DNA of 64,000 nt, from positions 13,174 through 77,173 of the forward strand of contig DITQ01000002.1 in the NCBI GenBank assembly GCA_002422165.1. Reading direction: 5' to 3'. The stretch is from Candidatus Pacebacteria bacterium UBA6180. Lineage in GTDB: Bacteria > Patescibacteriota > Microgenomatia > UBA1400 > PJMF01. The position numbers and the translations under genes are program-made. The notes below the pieces were generated by a model that saw only the letters and a program-made list of their open reading frames with translations, had not been told where the DNA came from and did not search any database. Positions 1 through 9,003 of the stretch are shown here, one piece after another (within the stretch, counting starts at the first letter, position 1; each line of letters opens with the position of its first letter).

Positions 1-288
1 AGTCGTACTAGCAGTATTGATCCAGAACTACGCGAATTGGCGAGGCCTTTTGTACCGCGCCTCGAATCTAAAGTTTTTGAAGAGATTCTGACAAAAAAGG
101 TTTTCGATGATGGCGAATTGAGTTATTTTCCCATCTATATTTTTGACAAAAATAGTTCGGCTGACGGTGGAGTTCTAATCAATATCGTAAGAGACCCATT
201 AATCTCTAATGGTAACTCTGCTTTTTCAGATTCAGATTTTTTGCCTGTTGAAACGGAGATTATTTTGGACGAGTCGATTGGGGAATGA
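1..288 (+). CDS. hypothetical protein, 5'-partial
   Basis: Frame 1 is open from base 1 to TGA at 288; no recognisable motif. Confidence 0.55.
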   Translation, partial: SRTSSIDPELRELARPFVPRLESKVFEEILTKKVFDDGELSYFPIYIFDKNSSADGGVLINIVRDPLISNGNSAFSDSDFLPVETEIILDESIGE

Positions 289-366
289 GCCATGTGCTTC
301 TCCACTTGTTGCGCGGCTTCTAATCATGTAAATTTAATGTAAGGGCATTTTGTCCGTTTAGTTTTT

Positions 367-2154
367 ATGCAGGTACAAAACAATTCTTCAACCAGTCAAA
401 CCAGAAATTCGGGCAAGGTTGCCGCTCCTGCTGCCGTTAATTCTTCAGCTACTAGTAAAATTACCCCTCCATCAGTACTTAGTGGAGGCGGAGCTTTACC
501 AAATTCAAACGCCGCTCCTTCTCCTAGTTCAGTCTCTCCTGAAGAAATTGCACAGAAATTTGATCTAGTACCTAGCAAAAAGGTTAAAAGTCGTGCTGCC
601 AAAAAACAAATCCCCACAGCTATTGGCTTGTTGATTCTATTTGTTGCTTTAATTTCTGGAGTATTACTTTTCGGTCAAGGGACTGGTGTTTTTGCTCCGC
701 GCGCTACTCCAGAGACAACCCCTAAAAATATTCAAATTAGCAATGTTACCGACAAAACTTTTACCGTTTCTTTTTATACAGATGAAAGCACGGTTGGTTT
801 CGTCAAGTATGGTCTAGAAGCTAACTCTCTCAAGCAGCAAGCCAGCGACGACCGCGATCAGCTTTCTGGAATTGTCAAAGACTATCGTCTTCATCATGTG
901 ACGGTGCGCGGTCTTGAACCAGGAGTGACTTATTATTACGTCTTGGGAACTGGTTCGAACACTTTTGACAATCAAGGACAACCTTACTCAGTTACTACTG
1001 CTATCAAGCCTAGTCAATCACCGACAAGCAATCAAACCGTCTATGGAAATATTTATGGTCCAGATGGTGGGCCAGCGGAAGGAGCGATTGTCTACGTAAA
1101 CAATGAGAGTATTGGTGAGCTGTCAAGCATCGTCAAAGCCTCTGGGAGCTTTGGGATTTCTCTTGGCAATGCTTTTAGTCTTGATAAGACAACTTACGCC
1201 AATTTGAGTGATGACGCCACTCTCGAAATTAAGGTTCAGGGCATTGAACCAAACTTAGTTAGTAGTCTGCAAACTACAGTTGCTCTGTCTCAACCAGTTC
1301 AGGATTTAGTTTTGGGTAAAGGTGGCGTTGCCAATGTAGCTTCTACTGATCAGGTTATTGAAAATAGAGAGGAGTTATTAGCTAATCTCGACGAGTTGAC
1401 CAGCGATCAGGAAATGGCAGCAAGTGACGAAGCGCAGGTGGAAATGGCTGAGATAAACCAGGAGGCAGTGAGCTCAGCTGCTGGAGCTTTAGAAAATATG
1501 CTAGGTGAAGTTGATTCCACCCCTACAAAAGTAGAAGTACTGGATTTAGACGAGTTGAGTGAAAGCCAAGATGCTTCTATAGCAGTTGTCAACACTACTA
1601 CTCCGCAAATCAAGGCGACCTTGCCAGCCAACACTATTGTGAGAGTTACCGTTCACTCTGAAACTAAAATTGATCAGACGATACAAACTGACGCTGATGG
1701 CAACTTAATTTTGGACTTAGCCAGTTTGGGCGAAAGCTTGGAGCCAGGTGAACACACGGCTACTTACAGCTATATCGACCCGATAACAGGCCAAGAAGTA
1801 ACTAAAACATACAATTTTACTGTGGCGCCTGAAGTCACCAGGCAATTGGCTCAAGCTTCAACTCCTTCGCCAACACCAACGACAGTTATTCCAAGCATCC
1901 CTTATGGTTCAGGCAATCCCTATGTACCAGGAGAAAATGACTCTGAAATTGAACCAACTACTTCTCCAACTGCTGTCACATCACCCACTGTTACTAGTAG
2001 TGCTGGTGCGACTGTTGCCACCGACAGCGGACAATATAACTCTGGTTCTCTCGGCACGACTCTGACTTTACTTCTGGCTGGTTTATTCTTTGTTTCGATG
2101 GGTGTGTGGAGCTATGCGCTTAGCAATTCCTTTGAAGCTAAAAATAAAAACTGA
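367..2154 (+). CDS. membrane-anchored FN3/purple-acid-phosphatase-N-like domain surface protein
   Basis: N-terminal TM, FN3-like segment (ISNVTDKTFTVSF...HHVTVRGLEPGVTYYY), Pro/Thr-rich linker, C-terminal TM with basic tail. Confidence 0.75.
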   Translation: MQVQNNSSTSQTRNSGKVAAPAAVNSSATSKITPPSVLSGGGALPNSNAAPSPSSVSPEEIAQKFDLVPSKKVKSRAAKKQIPTAIGLLILFVALISGVLLFGQGTGVFAPRATPETTPKNIQISNVTDKTFTVSFYTDESTVGFVKYGLEANSLKQQASDDRDQLSGIVKDYRLHHVTVRGLEPGVTYYYVLGTGSNTFDNQGQPYSVTTAIKPSQSPTSNQTVYGNIYGPDGGPAEGAIVYVNNESIGELSSIVKASGSFGISLGNAFSLDKTTYANLSDDATLEIKVQGIEPNLVSSLQTTVALSQPVQDLVLGKGGVANVASTDQVIENREELLANLDELTSDQEMAASDEAQVEMAEINQEAVSSAAGALENMLGEVDSTPTKVEVLDLDELSESQDASIAVVNTTTPQIKATLPANTIVRVTVHSETKIDQTIQTDADGNLILDLASLGESLEPGEHTATYSYIDPITGQEVTKTYNFTVAPEVTRQLAQASTPSPTPTTVIPSIPYGSGNPYVPGENDSEIEPTTSPTAVTSPTVTSSAGATVATDSGQYNSGSLGTTLTLLLAGLFFVSMGVWSYALSNSFEAKNKN

Positions 2155-2200
2155 TTTGTTTTAGCCACTGTTTTTTCTTTTGGTGAAATATGTGTCAAGA

Positions 2201-3433
2201 TCAGATGCCGTTCGCGATCACTTCCCAGAGTTCACGCTCCTGATCTTCGTATCCTAGTGCCCAGATGGCGATTCCAGCTAGATCAAGCTGACGAGCGTAT
2301 TCCAATTTATAGGCGATAGATTGAGGGTTTTCATAATAGATTGTGTAAAGGTGGTCATCTTGCTGGTAAGTGATGTAGGGCGAGAGAGCATCTTCATCGA
2401 AACCTTGCCTGATCTGACTAACGCCAACCCAAGTGTTGTCTTCTGAAGTCCCGCCACGACTAAGATTGAGTAATTCTTTGGCTTTTTTATAGCTGACGGT
2501 GAAACCGCTGTTTTCGTAAGTGTTGGCACGGGCGGTGCTTGCGTCAGTTTGCCAACCGTATCCATAAAAAGGAATTCCGAGGAGGATTTTTTCGCGAGGC
2601 ACTTGATCGAGAAATAACTTGAGGTGAGCGTTGATGTCGCTGCCCCACTTCTGGTCTTCACTAAAAAGCGGCGCCACTGGTCCAGCTTGGCCACTGCTTC
2701 TCTGGTGGAAGTCGTAGGCCATCACTACGATGTAGTCGACGTATTTGGCAAGCTCTGGCAAGTCCCACAGGCCTTTATTGTCGCTGGAGGCACTAGCGTA
2801 GACATCGATGCTCAGAGTAGTGCTCTGGTATTTGTTATCCAAGTGTTGACGTAGTTTTCGCATTAACTCCGTCATTCCTTGTCGCAGTTCTGGGCTTTTT
2901 TCGCCGCTGTACTCGATGTCGATGTTAATGCCAGTAATTGGGTAAGCGAGCAGGACAGAGTCAAGGCTAGTTAGAAACTTCTCCATGGCAGGCTCGTTCG
3001 CCAGAAAAGTAGCGATGTCGCGGCTATTGAATTGTTTGAGAACTAGCTCGACTTGTGTATTTTGTTTTTTTGCCTCTTCTGCGAGTTCCAAGAAGGCTTC
3101 ACTGCTGAGGTGGCGATAGCCAGGTTCAAGGTTGCCGTCGCTACTTCTACTTAGCAGTTGGCCGTCGCTCCCGATGTCCAAGCCAAAAAAAGCCAGGTGA
3201 GTCAATTCTTTCTCTAAGCTAAAAGTGTTAATGTTCCAGTATGGTAGGAAGCCATAGACGACCTTAGCCTCTTTTTTAGGAATAATTAATTCTTTGAAGT
3301 ATCGCAAGCGCGAATTATGGCTGATGGCGGAAGAGAGTGGTGCTTCGTAGAAGAAGCTAATCGAGAGTAGTGCTGTCAAGATCAGAAGTAGAAATAAAAA
3401 AACGCTGAAGAAAAATTTAGACATATTTAGCAC
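2201..3433 (-). CDS. glycoside hydrolase family 18 protein
   Basis: GINIDIEY (DxxDxDxE-like), VVMAYDF, LGIPFYG, GIAIWALG motifs; N-terminal TM. Confidence 0.88.
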   Translation of the reverse strand: MLNMSKFFFSVFLFLLLILTALLSISFFYEAPLSSAISHNSRLRYFKELIIPKKEAKVVYGFLPYWNINTFSLEKELTHLAFFGLDIGSDGQLLSRSSDGNLEPGYRHLSSEAFLELAEEAKKQNTQVELVLKQFNSRDIATFLANEPAMEKFLTSLDSVLLAYPITGINIDIEYSGEKSPELRQGMTELMRKLRQHLDNKYQSTTLSIDVYASASSDNKGLWDLPELAKYVDYIVVMAYDFHQRSSGQAGPVAPLFSEDQKWGSDINAHLKLFLDQVPREKILLGIPFYGYGWQTDASTARANTYENSGFTVSYKKAKELLNLSRGGTSEDNTWVGVSQIRQGFDEDALSPYITYQQDDHLYTIYYENPQSIAYKLEYARQLDLAGIAIWALGYEDQERELWEVIANGI

Positions 3434-3438
3434 ACGCT

Positions 3439-5808
3439 TTAGTTACGGTTGCCGTAGTTCACCAAATTTGGCTCGTAAATTACTTTACCCTCTTCATCTT
3501 GAGGACGGTTGCAGTCAGCGCAGTAAAGCTTGGTTAGCGGATCGTAGTAGAAACTGTGCTCCTCAAGCTGTAGATCATCAGCTTCTTCACCTTCTTGAGG
3601 TGGTAAGCCGGTCGAAGCTCTGATCCAGTATTCTTTACGAAAAGTTCCAGAATAGCTAGGCAGTGAGGCTTCCCAGTAGAGTTCTTGGCGAGTGTCAGCG
3701 CAGCTTGCTGCCGGATCAGTTTCAGTGTTGAAAAAGTCAGTGGTATTGTCTCCATCGCCAATGACTAGCTTTCCCAAGCCCGCCTGCGCTGGCATGCCAG
3801 TTAGGCAAACGCTGGCGATTTTGACATCGCTTGGGCGCTCTGGCCAGACGGTTTCCTGGTCTTGGAGCACATAGCTCATTATGTCGTTCCAGATCGGCGC
3901 TGCTCCAGTGATGCCAGATGCTAGATAGCTCATCGAGGTGCTATCATTGTTGCCCACCCAAGTCATAGTTAAGAACTCAGGGGTGTATCCGATGGTCCAG
4001 TTATCGCGCAAATCATTGGTGGTGCCAGTTTTGGCCGAGACGATTTTATTTCGAATAACCAAGCTAGAATTGCTGCCAAAGGCTGCTTGGCGCGCGCTGT
4101 TATCTTGGAGGATGTGATTAGTGAGGTAGGCTGGCGCGCGCGCCATCACTCTCCGCAGCGAGCCGAGTTCGTTGATGGCTTCATCCTCGCTCATTGTAGC
4201 TAGGTTTTGAGTCGTGGCTTGACTGTCATAACTCTCGAGAACTTCGCCGCGGAAATTACTAATCTCCAAGATGCCAGTCAAAGGCACATGCACACCTTGG
4301 TTGGCAAGAACGCCAAAAGCCTCTGCCAATTCGACCATTCTGATCTCACCGCCTCCAAGGGTGAGGGAGAGACCGTAATTAGCTGGATTGGTCCAAGTAT
4401 TTATACCCATGGCCCGAGCTTGATTGATGAATTTCTCGACGCCAATTGTTGCCAAGGCTTTGACAGCGGGAATATTGAGCGAGTTGCCAAGCGACTGGCG
4501 AATAGTGACGGGACCAGAGAAGCCACCGGTGTAATTTTTCGGACAATAATCGCGTTGACCGGCGACGCGGAAACATGTAGGAATATCGAGTAAAATGGTT
4601 CCTGGATTGATGGTTTTTTCGGCCATAGCAGTGGCGTACATTATTGGTTTAATTGAAGAACCTGGTTGGCGTAGCGCCAGGGTGACATTGACCTGACCAT
4701 CGCTTTGGCTATCGAAGTAATCTTTGGAGCCAATCATGGCCAGAATTTCGCCGGTGTTAGGTTTGGTAACGAGAGCTGCACCATTACTAACCTTCAGTCG
4801 CTCCAAAGTTTTGAGTTCTGCTGCCAGTGAGGCTTGAGCGGTTTCCTGTAGGTCTAGGTCTAGAGTGGTGGTGACCCGTAAACCGCCAGTTTCGACCATT
4901 TCTTCGCCATATTTTTCGTAGAGTAAATCGCGGATGTAGAAGACGAAATGAGGGGCTCTGATGTCAGTGCGAGAAATGGCATATTCTAGTACTTCTGCTT
5001 CAGCGCGCTCGGCTGTGGCTTCATCAATATATTTATCTTCAACCATGCGGCGCAAAACTTCTTTTTGACGATTTTTAGCCCGTTCAGGATTAGAGCCAAA
5101 CGGTGAGTAAGTAGTGGGAGATTGTGGTAAGCCAGCCAGCAAAGCCGCTTCGGCTAGGTCAAGTTCGCTAGCGGACTTGGCGAAATATTTGTTGGCAGCG
5201 GCTTCGATGCCGACCGCAGTGCCTCCATAAGAAATGTAATTGAGGTACATTTCCAGAATTTCCTCTTTACTGTAAAGCACTTCTGTCATCACCGCCAAAA
5301 CTGCTTCTTTGATTTTGCGCTGGAGAGTTTTTTCCTTGCTGAGCAGGGCGTTTTTGACGAGTTGCTGAGTGATGGTTGAGCCGCCCTGGACTGTGTTCCC
5401 GCTGAAGTTTTTGAAACCAGCTCGCAGTAAACCGCGCAAGTCTAGGCCATGATGGCGGTAGAAACTTTTGTCTTCGATGGCAATGGTGGCTTGCAAAACG
5501 TGCTCTGGTAGATCGCCAATTTTGATGGGGATGCGGTTTTCTTGACCATAAATTTCGTAGAGTAATTGGCCATGGCGGTCAAAAATCTGCGTACTGACGG
5601 GAAAATTTTCAGTTGAAGTTAAATTGCTTGGAGAGGGTAATTGTTTGTAGAGGTAGATAATAAAAATGATCAAGCTTAGGCCAAGTAAACCTAGTCCAGT
5701 TTGGAGCGAGCGACTTCTGCGTAGTCTGGCCCAAAAAAATTTTCGACTGCGATTGCGAATTCGCCTTGATTTAAGTTGCTTTTTGGTGGCGAGACGAAAA
5801 GGGTTCAT
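3439..5808 (-). CDS. class A penicillin-binding protein (transglycosylase/transpeptidase)
   Basis: EDKSFYRHHG, GGSTITQQL, RKIKE, SSIK (SxxK), SLN, KTGT. Confidence 0.95.
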   Translation of the reverse strand: MNPFRLATKKQLKSRRIRNRSRKFFWARLRRSRSLQTGLGLLGLSLIIFIIYLYKQLPSPSNLTSTENFPVSTQIFDRHGQLLYEIYGQENRIPIKIGDLPEHVLQATIAIEDKSFYRHHGLDLRGLLRAGFKNFSGNTVQGGSTITQQLVKNALLSKEKTLQRKIKEAVLAVMTEVLYSKEEILEMYLNYISYGGTAVGIEAAANKYFAKSASELDLAEAALLAGLPQSPTTYSPFGSNPERAKNRQKEVLRRMVEDKYIDEATAERAEAEVLEYAISRTDIRAPHFVFYIRDLLYEKYGEEMVETGGLRVTTTLDLDLQETAQASLAAELKTLERLKVSNGAALVTKPNTGEILAMIGSKDYFDSQSDGQVNVTLALRQPGSSIKPIMYATAMAEKTINPGTILLDIPTCFRVAGQRDYCPKNYTGGFSGPVTIRQSLGNSLNIPAVKALATIGVEKFINQARAMGINTWTNPANYGLSLTLGGGEIRMVELAEAFGVLANQGVHVPLTGILEISNFRGEVLESYDSQATTQNLATMSEDEAINELGSLRRVMARAPAYLTNHILQDNSARQAAFGSNSSLVIRNKIVSAKTGTTNDLRDNWTIGYTPEFLTMTWVGNNDSTSMSYLASGITGAAPIWNDIMSYVLQDQETVWPERPSDVKIASVCLTGMPAQAGLGKLVIGDGDNTTDFFNTETDPAASCADTRQELYWEASLPSYSGTFRKEYWIRASTGLPPQEGEEADDLQLEEHSFYYDPLTKLYCADCNRPQDEEGKVIYEPNLVNYGNRN

Positions 5809-6046
5809 ATGTTCAAATAAGTGACCTCTATTCTACTACACCTCTACACTTTAGACTGTTTCTTTTGGAAAATTTATTGGTTAAAAGACATTTTTCCACT
5901 TTTTCGATACTTTTTCTCTTGCAATTCTCATTTTGGTTGCAAGGGGACTTTCATCCAGTTTTCACACCCATTACTGCAGGTGATAATATCACAAAAGCTT
6001 TTGCCAATAAATTGCAAAAAGGCATGGTCTCTAATACAATCATTGC

Positions 6047-6532
6047 ATGGAACTTCAAAAAGACTCTCCCTGGTACCAATATTTAGACGACTGCCAGAGG
6101 GCTCTGGCTGAGACTAGTTTTGCCCTTTTGGACAAGGCCAAAGAGCTTCATGATCTCAAAGACTATTCTTTTATTGTTTTTCCCATGGCTAAAGCCTACG
6201 AAGGTTTTCTCAAAAAAGTATTATTTGATCGAAACCTAATTGACAAAAATACCTATGAAGGGCGAAAATTTCGCATCGGTCGTGCTCTCAATCCAGATGT
6301 TCGCAATCACCAGCGCGATGAGGACTGGTTTTATGATGATATGGCTGAGATTTTTGGAAATGAGGTCGCTCGAGAGATGTGGAATGCTTGGCTAATGTGC
6401 CGCAACCACGTTTTTCACTATTGGCCAGATTGCGAGCAGTTTTTGACGATTGCTGAAGTTAAAGAGCGTTTACAAATGATGACTGAGGTGATGAATAAAA
6501 TTACTAATGAAAAGGAAGACTATGTCAGCTAA
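6047..6532 (+). CDS. HEPN-domain protein, RnlA/RNase LS C-terminal-like
   Basis: DYSFIVFPMAKAYEGFLKK helix and Rx4H motif RNHVFH. Confidence 0.6.
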   Translation: MELQKDSPWYQYLDDCQRALAETSFALLDKAKELHDLKDYSFIVFPMAKAYEGFLKKVLFDRNLIDKNTYEGRKFRIGRALNPDVRNHQRDEDWFYDDMAEIFGNEVAREMWNAWLMCRNHVFHYWPDCEQFLTIAEVKERLQMMTEVMNKITNEKEDYVS

Positions 6533-7145
6533 ATATAAATACCAAAATATCACTATTTCCGGTTTGCCAGGCTGTGGCTCGACGACTTTACTTAGTTTGC
6601 TCAAAGAAGAGTTGGAGCCAGATGGTTGGGTGGGTTTCTCTGGTGGCGAATTTATGCGCTCTTACGCTATCGAGAAAGGTTTGTTTAACCCTAGCCAATC
6701 AACCCATCATTTGGCGACGGCTTATGACGATGATTTTGATCGTCAAGTGGATTATGGAATGCGAGAAAAAGTCTCGACTTCTGATAAATGGATTTTAGAA
6801 TCTTGGCTATCTGGCTTCATGACTCAGAATGTCCCTGGGACACTGCGAGTACTCATGGTTTGTAGTGACGATGCGGTTCGCATCGATCGTATTGTTAATC
6901 GCGATGAGGTGGACGTAACCGATGCCAAGAAAAGTATCCACGAACGCTATGAGGCTAATCTAGCCAAGTGGCGCCGCATGTACGCCAAAGAGTGGCAGGA
7001 ATGGGTGGTGCAGACCGGCAAGTTGCCAAAGGAAGCAGAGATTGATTTTTGGGCTTCAGAGCTCTACGATTTAGTTATTGATACTTATTCTCATAATAAA
7101 GAAAAAACTTTAGAACTAGTCTTGAATGCCATCAAAAAAACTTAA
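6522..7145 (+). CDS. cytidylate kinase-like protein, archaeal-type NMP kinase
   Basis: ITISGLPGCGSTT P-loop variant, SGGEFMR, DRQVD, YDLVIDT; start chosen at ATG 6522 (alternative 6507). Confidence 0.8.
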   Translation: MSAKYKYQNITISGLPGCGSTTLLSLLKEELEPDGWVGFSGGEFMRSYAIEKGLFNPSQSTHHLATAYDDDFDRQVDYGMREKVSTSDKWILESWLSGFMTQNVPGTLRVLMVCSDDAVRIDRIVNRDEVDVTDAKKSIHERYEANLAKWRRMYAKEWQEWVVQTGKLPKEAEIDFWASELYDLVIDTYSHNKEKTLELVLNAIKKT

Positions 7146-7785
7146 ATCTGAGTCAAGCCGTGCTTTTTTACCTCTCTTGAGTCTGACCTTTTTGTTGTGG
7201 TTGTTTTATCGTAGTGTTTTTCATTTTCCAGTTTGGTTTGATGAAACCGTTGGCAAATTAGTTTTTTTTGCCTTGCCAGTTCTGCTTTATGTGACTATTA
7301 CTGGCAATAGGAAAATTTTCGCGACTTTTAGCTTAACCAAACTCAAGCCCGGATTGTTGCTCGGTCTTGCCATCGGTGGTCTTTTTGGTTTTGCGGGGGT
7401 GTCTTTAGGAGTTCTTAGTCGAGGTGGAGCGCTAACTTTGGCACCTTACTATATGGCGAATTGGTTTTGGTGGGAATTATTTTTGGCACTTTTGACAGGT
7501 TTTTGGGAAACCTTGTTTTTTTATAGTTTTGTGATGGTAGCGGTTGATGAGCGTTTTGCTCATTTCTCTCTTTTTCAGAGAGTGCTCTTGGTGGCTAGCG
7601 TCTTTCTTCTTTTTCATTTGCCCAATATTTTTGCTCGTTTTGACTTATCTCAAGTTATATTCCAAATTCTTCTTTTGTTTGCTTTTGCCTGTGGTCAGGC
7701 ATTAATTTTTCACCAGAGGCGCAATGCTTACGTTTTGGTTTTAGTGCAAGCGATTTGGGGGATGGTTTTACTGGTGAATTTTTAG
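7126..7785 (+). CDS. CPBP/CAAX (Abi-family) intramembrane protease-like protein
   Basis: Multi-TM; degenerate motifs WETLFF and FLLFH. Confidence 0.65.
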   Translation: MPSKKLKSESSRAFLPLLSLTFLLWLFYRSVFHFPVWFDETVGKLVFFALPVLLYVTITGNRKIFATFSLTKLKPGLLLGLAIGGLFGFAGVSLGVLSRGGALTLAPYYMANWFWWELFLALLTGFWETLFFYSFVMVAVDERFAHFSLFQRVLLVASVFLLFHLPNIFARFDLSQVIFQILLLFAFACGQALIFHQRRNAYVLVLVQAIWGMVLLVNF

Positions 7786-7800
7786 AAGTTTGCGCTCTCT

Positions 7801-8370
7801 ATGCAAAAGTTCAACTACATTTTTTTTATCTTGGCCTCTTTACTGGCAGTTGCAGTTTTATTAATCTCTCTACAATCAGCCAACAGTCAACGCTCTTTGG
7901 GCAATGGTCAGAGTAAACTGCTAGTTGGCAAAATTTACGTAGCTCGAGAAATTTTACCAGATCACACTTTATATCCAGTCTTGATGATGATCGATCGCCT
8001 GAGACTGGAACTAGCAGCGCCAGAGAAACGCAGCTCTTTAATGCTTGCTTATGGCAAAAGACGTTTGTTTTATAGTGCTCGTTTGTTAGAAAATGGTCAA
8101 CGCGAACTATCTTTTATTACTTTGAGTAAGGCGATTAAGTATTACCAACAAGCTTTGACAGTTAGCATTGGAAGTTTCAACGAGCGACTTTTAAGTTACC
8201 GGCTCAATCAAGAGCTAGCCTTCATGGTTTTGGAAGCTTTACCAGAATTGCAGACTTTTATTGTTGAGCACAAAAACGAATATAGTGATAGTGAACGCGT
8301 ACTTTTGGATTTACTTGTCGAGCAGACCGAAATTTTGGCACTTGATCTACAAATCGTTCTCTATAAATAG
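7801..8370 (+). CDS. DUF5667-like membrane-anchored helical protein
   Basis: TM followed by ILPDHTLYPV...DRLRL pattern typical of this family. Confidence 0.55.
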   Translation: MQKFNYIFFILASLLAVAVLLISLQSANSQRSLGNGQSKLLVGKIYVAREILPDHTLYPVLMMIDRLRLELAAPEKRSSLMLAYGKRRLFYSARLLENGQRELSFITLSKAIKYYQQALTVSIGSFNERLLSYRLNQELAFMVLEALPELQTFIVEHKNEYSDSERVLLDLLVEQTEILALDLQIVLYK

Positions 8371-8436
8371 ATCTACTTTGTCATAGTTGACAGCTACCCG
8401 TTCCCCGTGAGATATTTTTAGTCCTCGTCTTTTCAA

Positions 8437-8484
8437 GCACAATATTTTGTGCCAAAAGACGAGGGAAAACACTACAGGTAGTAT
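8437..8484 (+). promoter_or_regulatory. tandem NrdR boxes
   Basis: GCACAATATTTTGTGC (8437-8452) and ACACTACAGGTAGTAT (8469-8484) match acaCwAtATaTwGtgt, 32 bp apart, upstream of nrdR-nrdJ; TTGACA at 8387. Confidence 0.8.
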
Positions 8485-8507
8485 TAGCTCGTTATAAGGT
8501 AATTTTT

Positions 8508-8960
8508 ATGCAGTGCCCCTTTTGTAAAGGCAGCGAAACGGCAGTAATCGACTCACGAGGCAGCGAAAATGGTGACAGCGTTAGACGTCGCCGCACTTGC
8601 GAAGCGTGTCAGAAGCGCTTCACCACATACGAGCGAGTTGAGGGAGTAGACCTCAAGGTCATTAAAAAAGACGGTCAACAAGAAAACTTCGATCGCGACA
8701 AGATCAAGCGTGGCCTGATCAAGGCGACTTGGAAACGTCCCGTTAGCATGCTTCAAATTGAGCTACTGATTGAGGATGTTGAAGCTAAGTTGCGTCAGCG
8801 AGAGGTTTTCGAAGTCAAGAGCTGGGAAATTGGCAACCTAGTTCTCAACCGTCTCAAGAAACTTGACCCTTTGTCCTACTTGCTCTTTGCCAGCGTCTAC
8901 CGTGACTTCGGTGAGCTGGCGGATTTTGAGGAAGAGATTAAAAAGTTGAAAACTAATTAA
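8508..8960 (+). CDS. nrdR: transcriptional repressor NrdR
   Basis: MQCPFC...DSR...RRRRTCEACQKRFTTYE zinc ribbon, ATP cone, FASVYRDF. Confidence 0.97.
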   Translation: MQCPFCKGSETAVIDSRGSENGDSVRRRRTCEACQKRFTTYERVEGVDLKVIKKDGQQENFDRDKIKRGLIKATWKRPVSMLQIELLIEDVEAKLRQREVFEVKSWEIGNLVLNRLKKLDPLSYLLFASVYRDFGELADFEEEIKKLKTN

Positions 8961-9003
8961 AGAGTTAGTTTTCACCAAATATATTTAGAAAAGGAAAATT
9001 ATT

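Noticed and set aside
5821-6111. ORFs 5821-6111 and 5865-6086 as genes or an antitoxin
   Set aside because: Non-ATG starts, low-complexity AT-rich translations, and they occupy the divergent promoter region.
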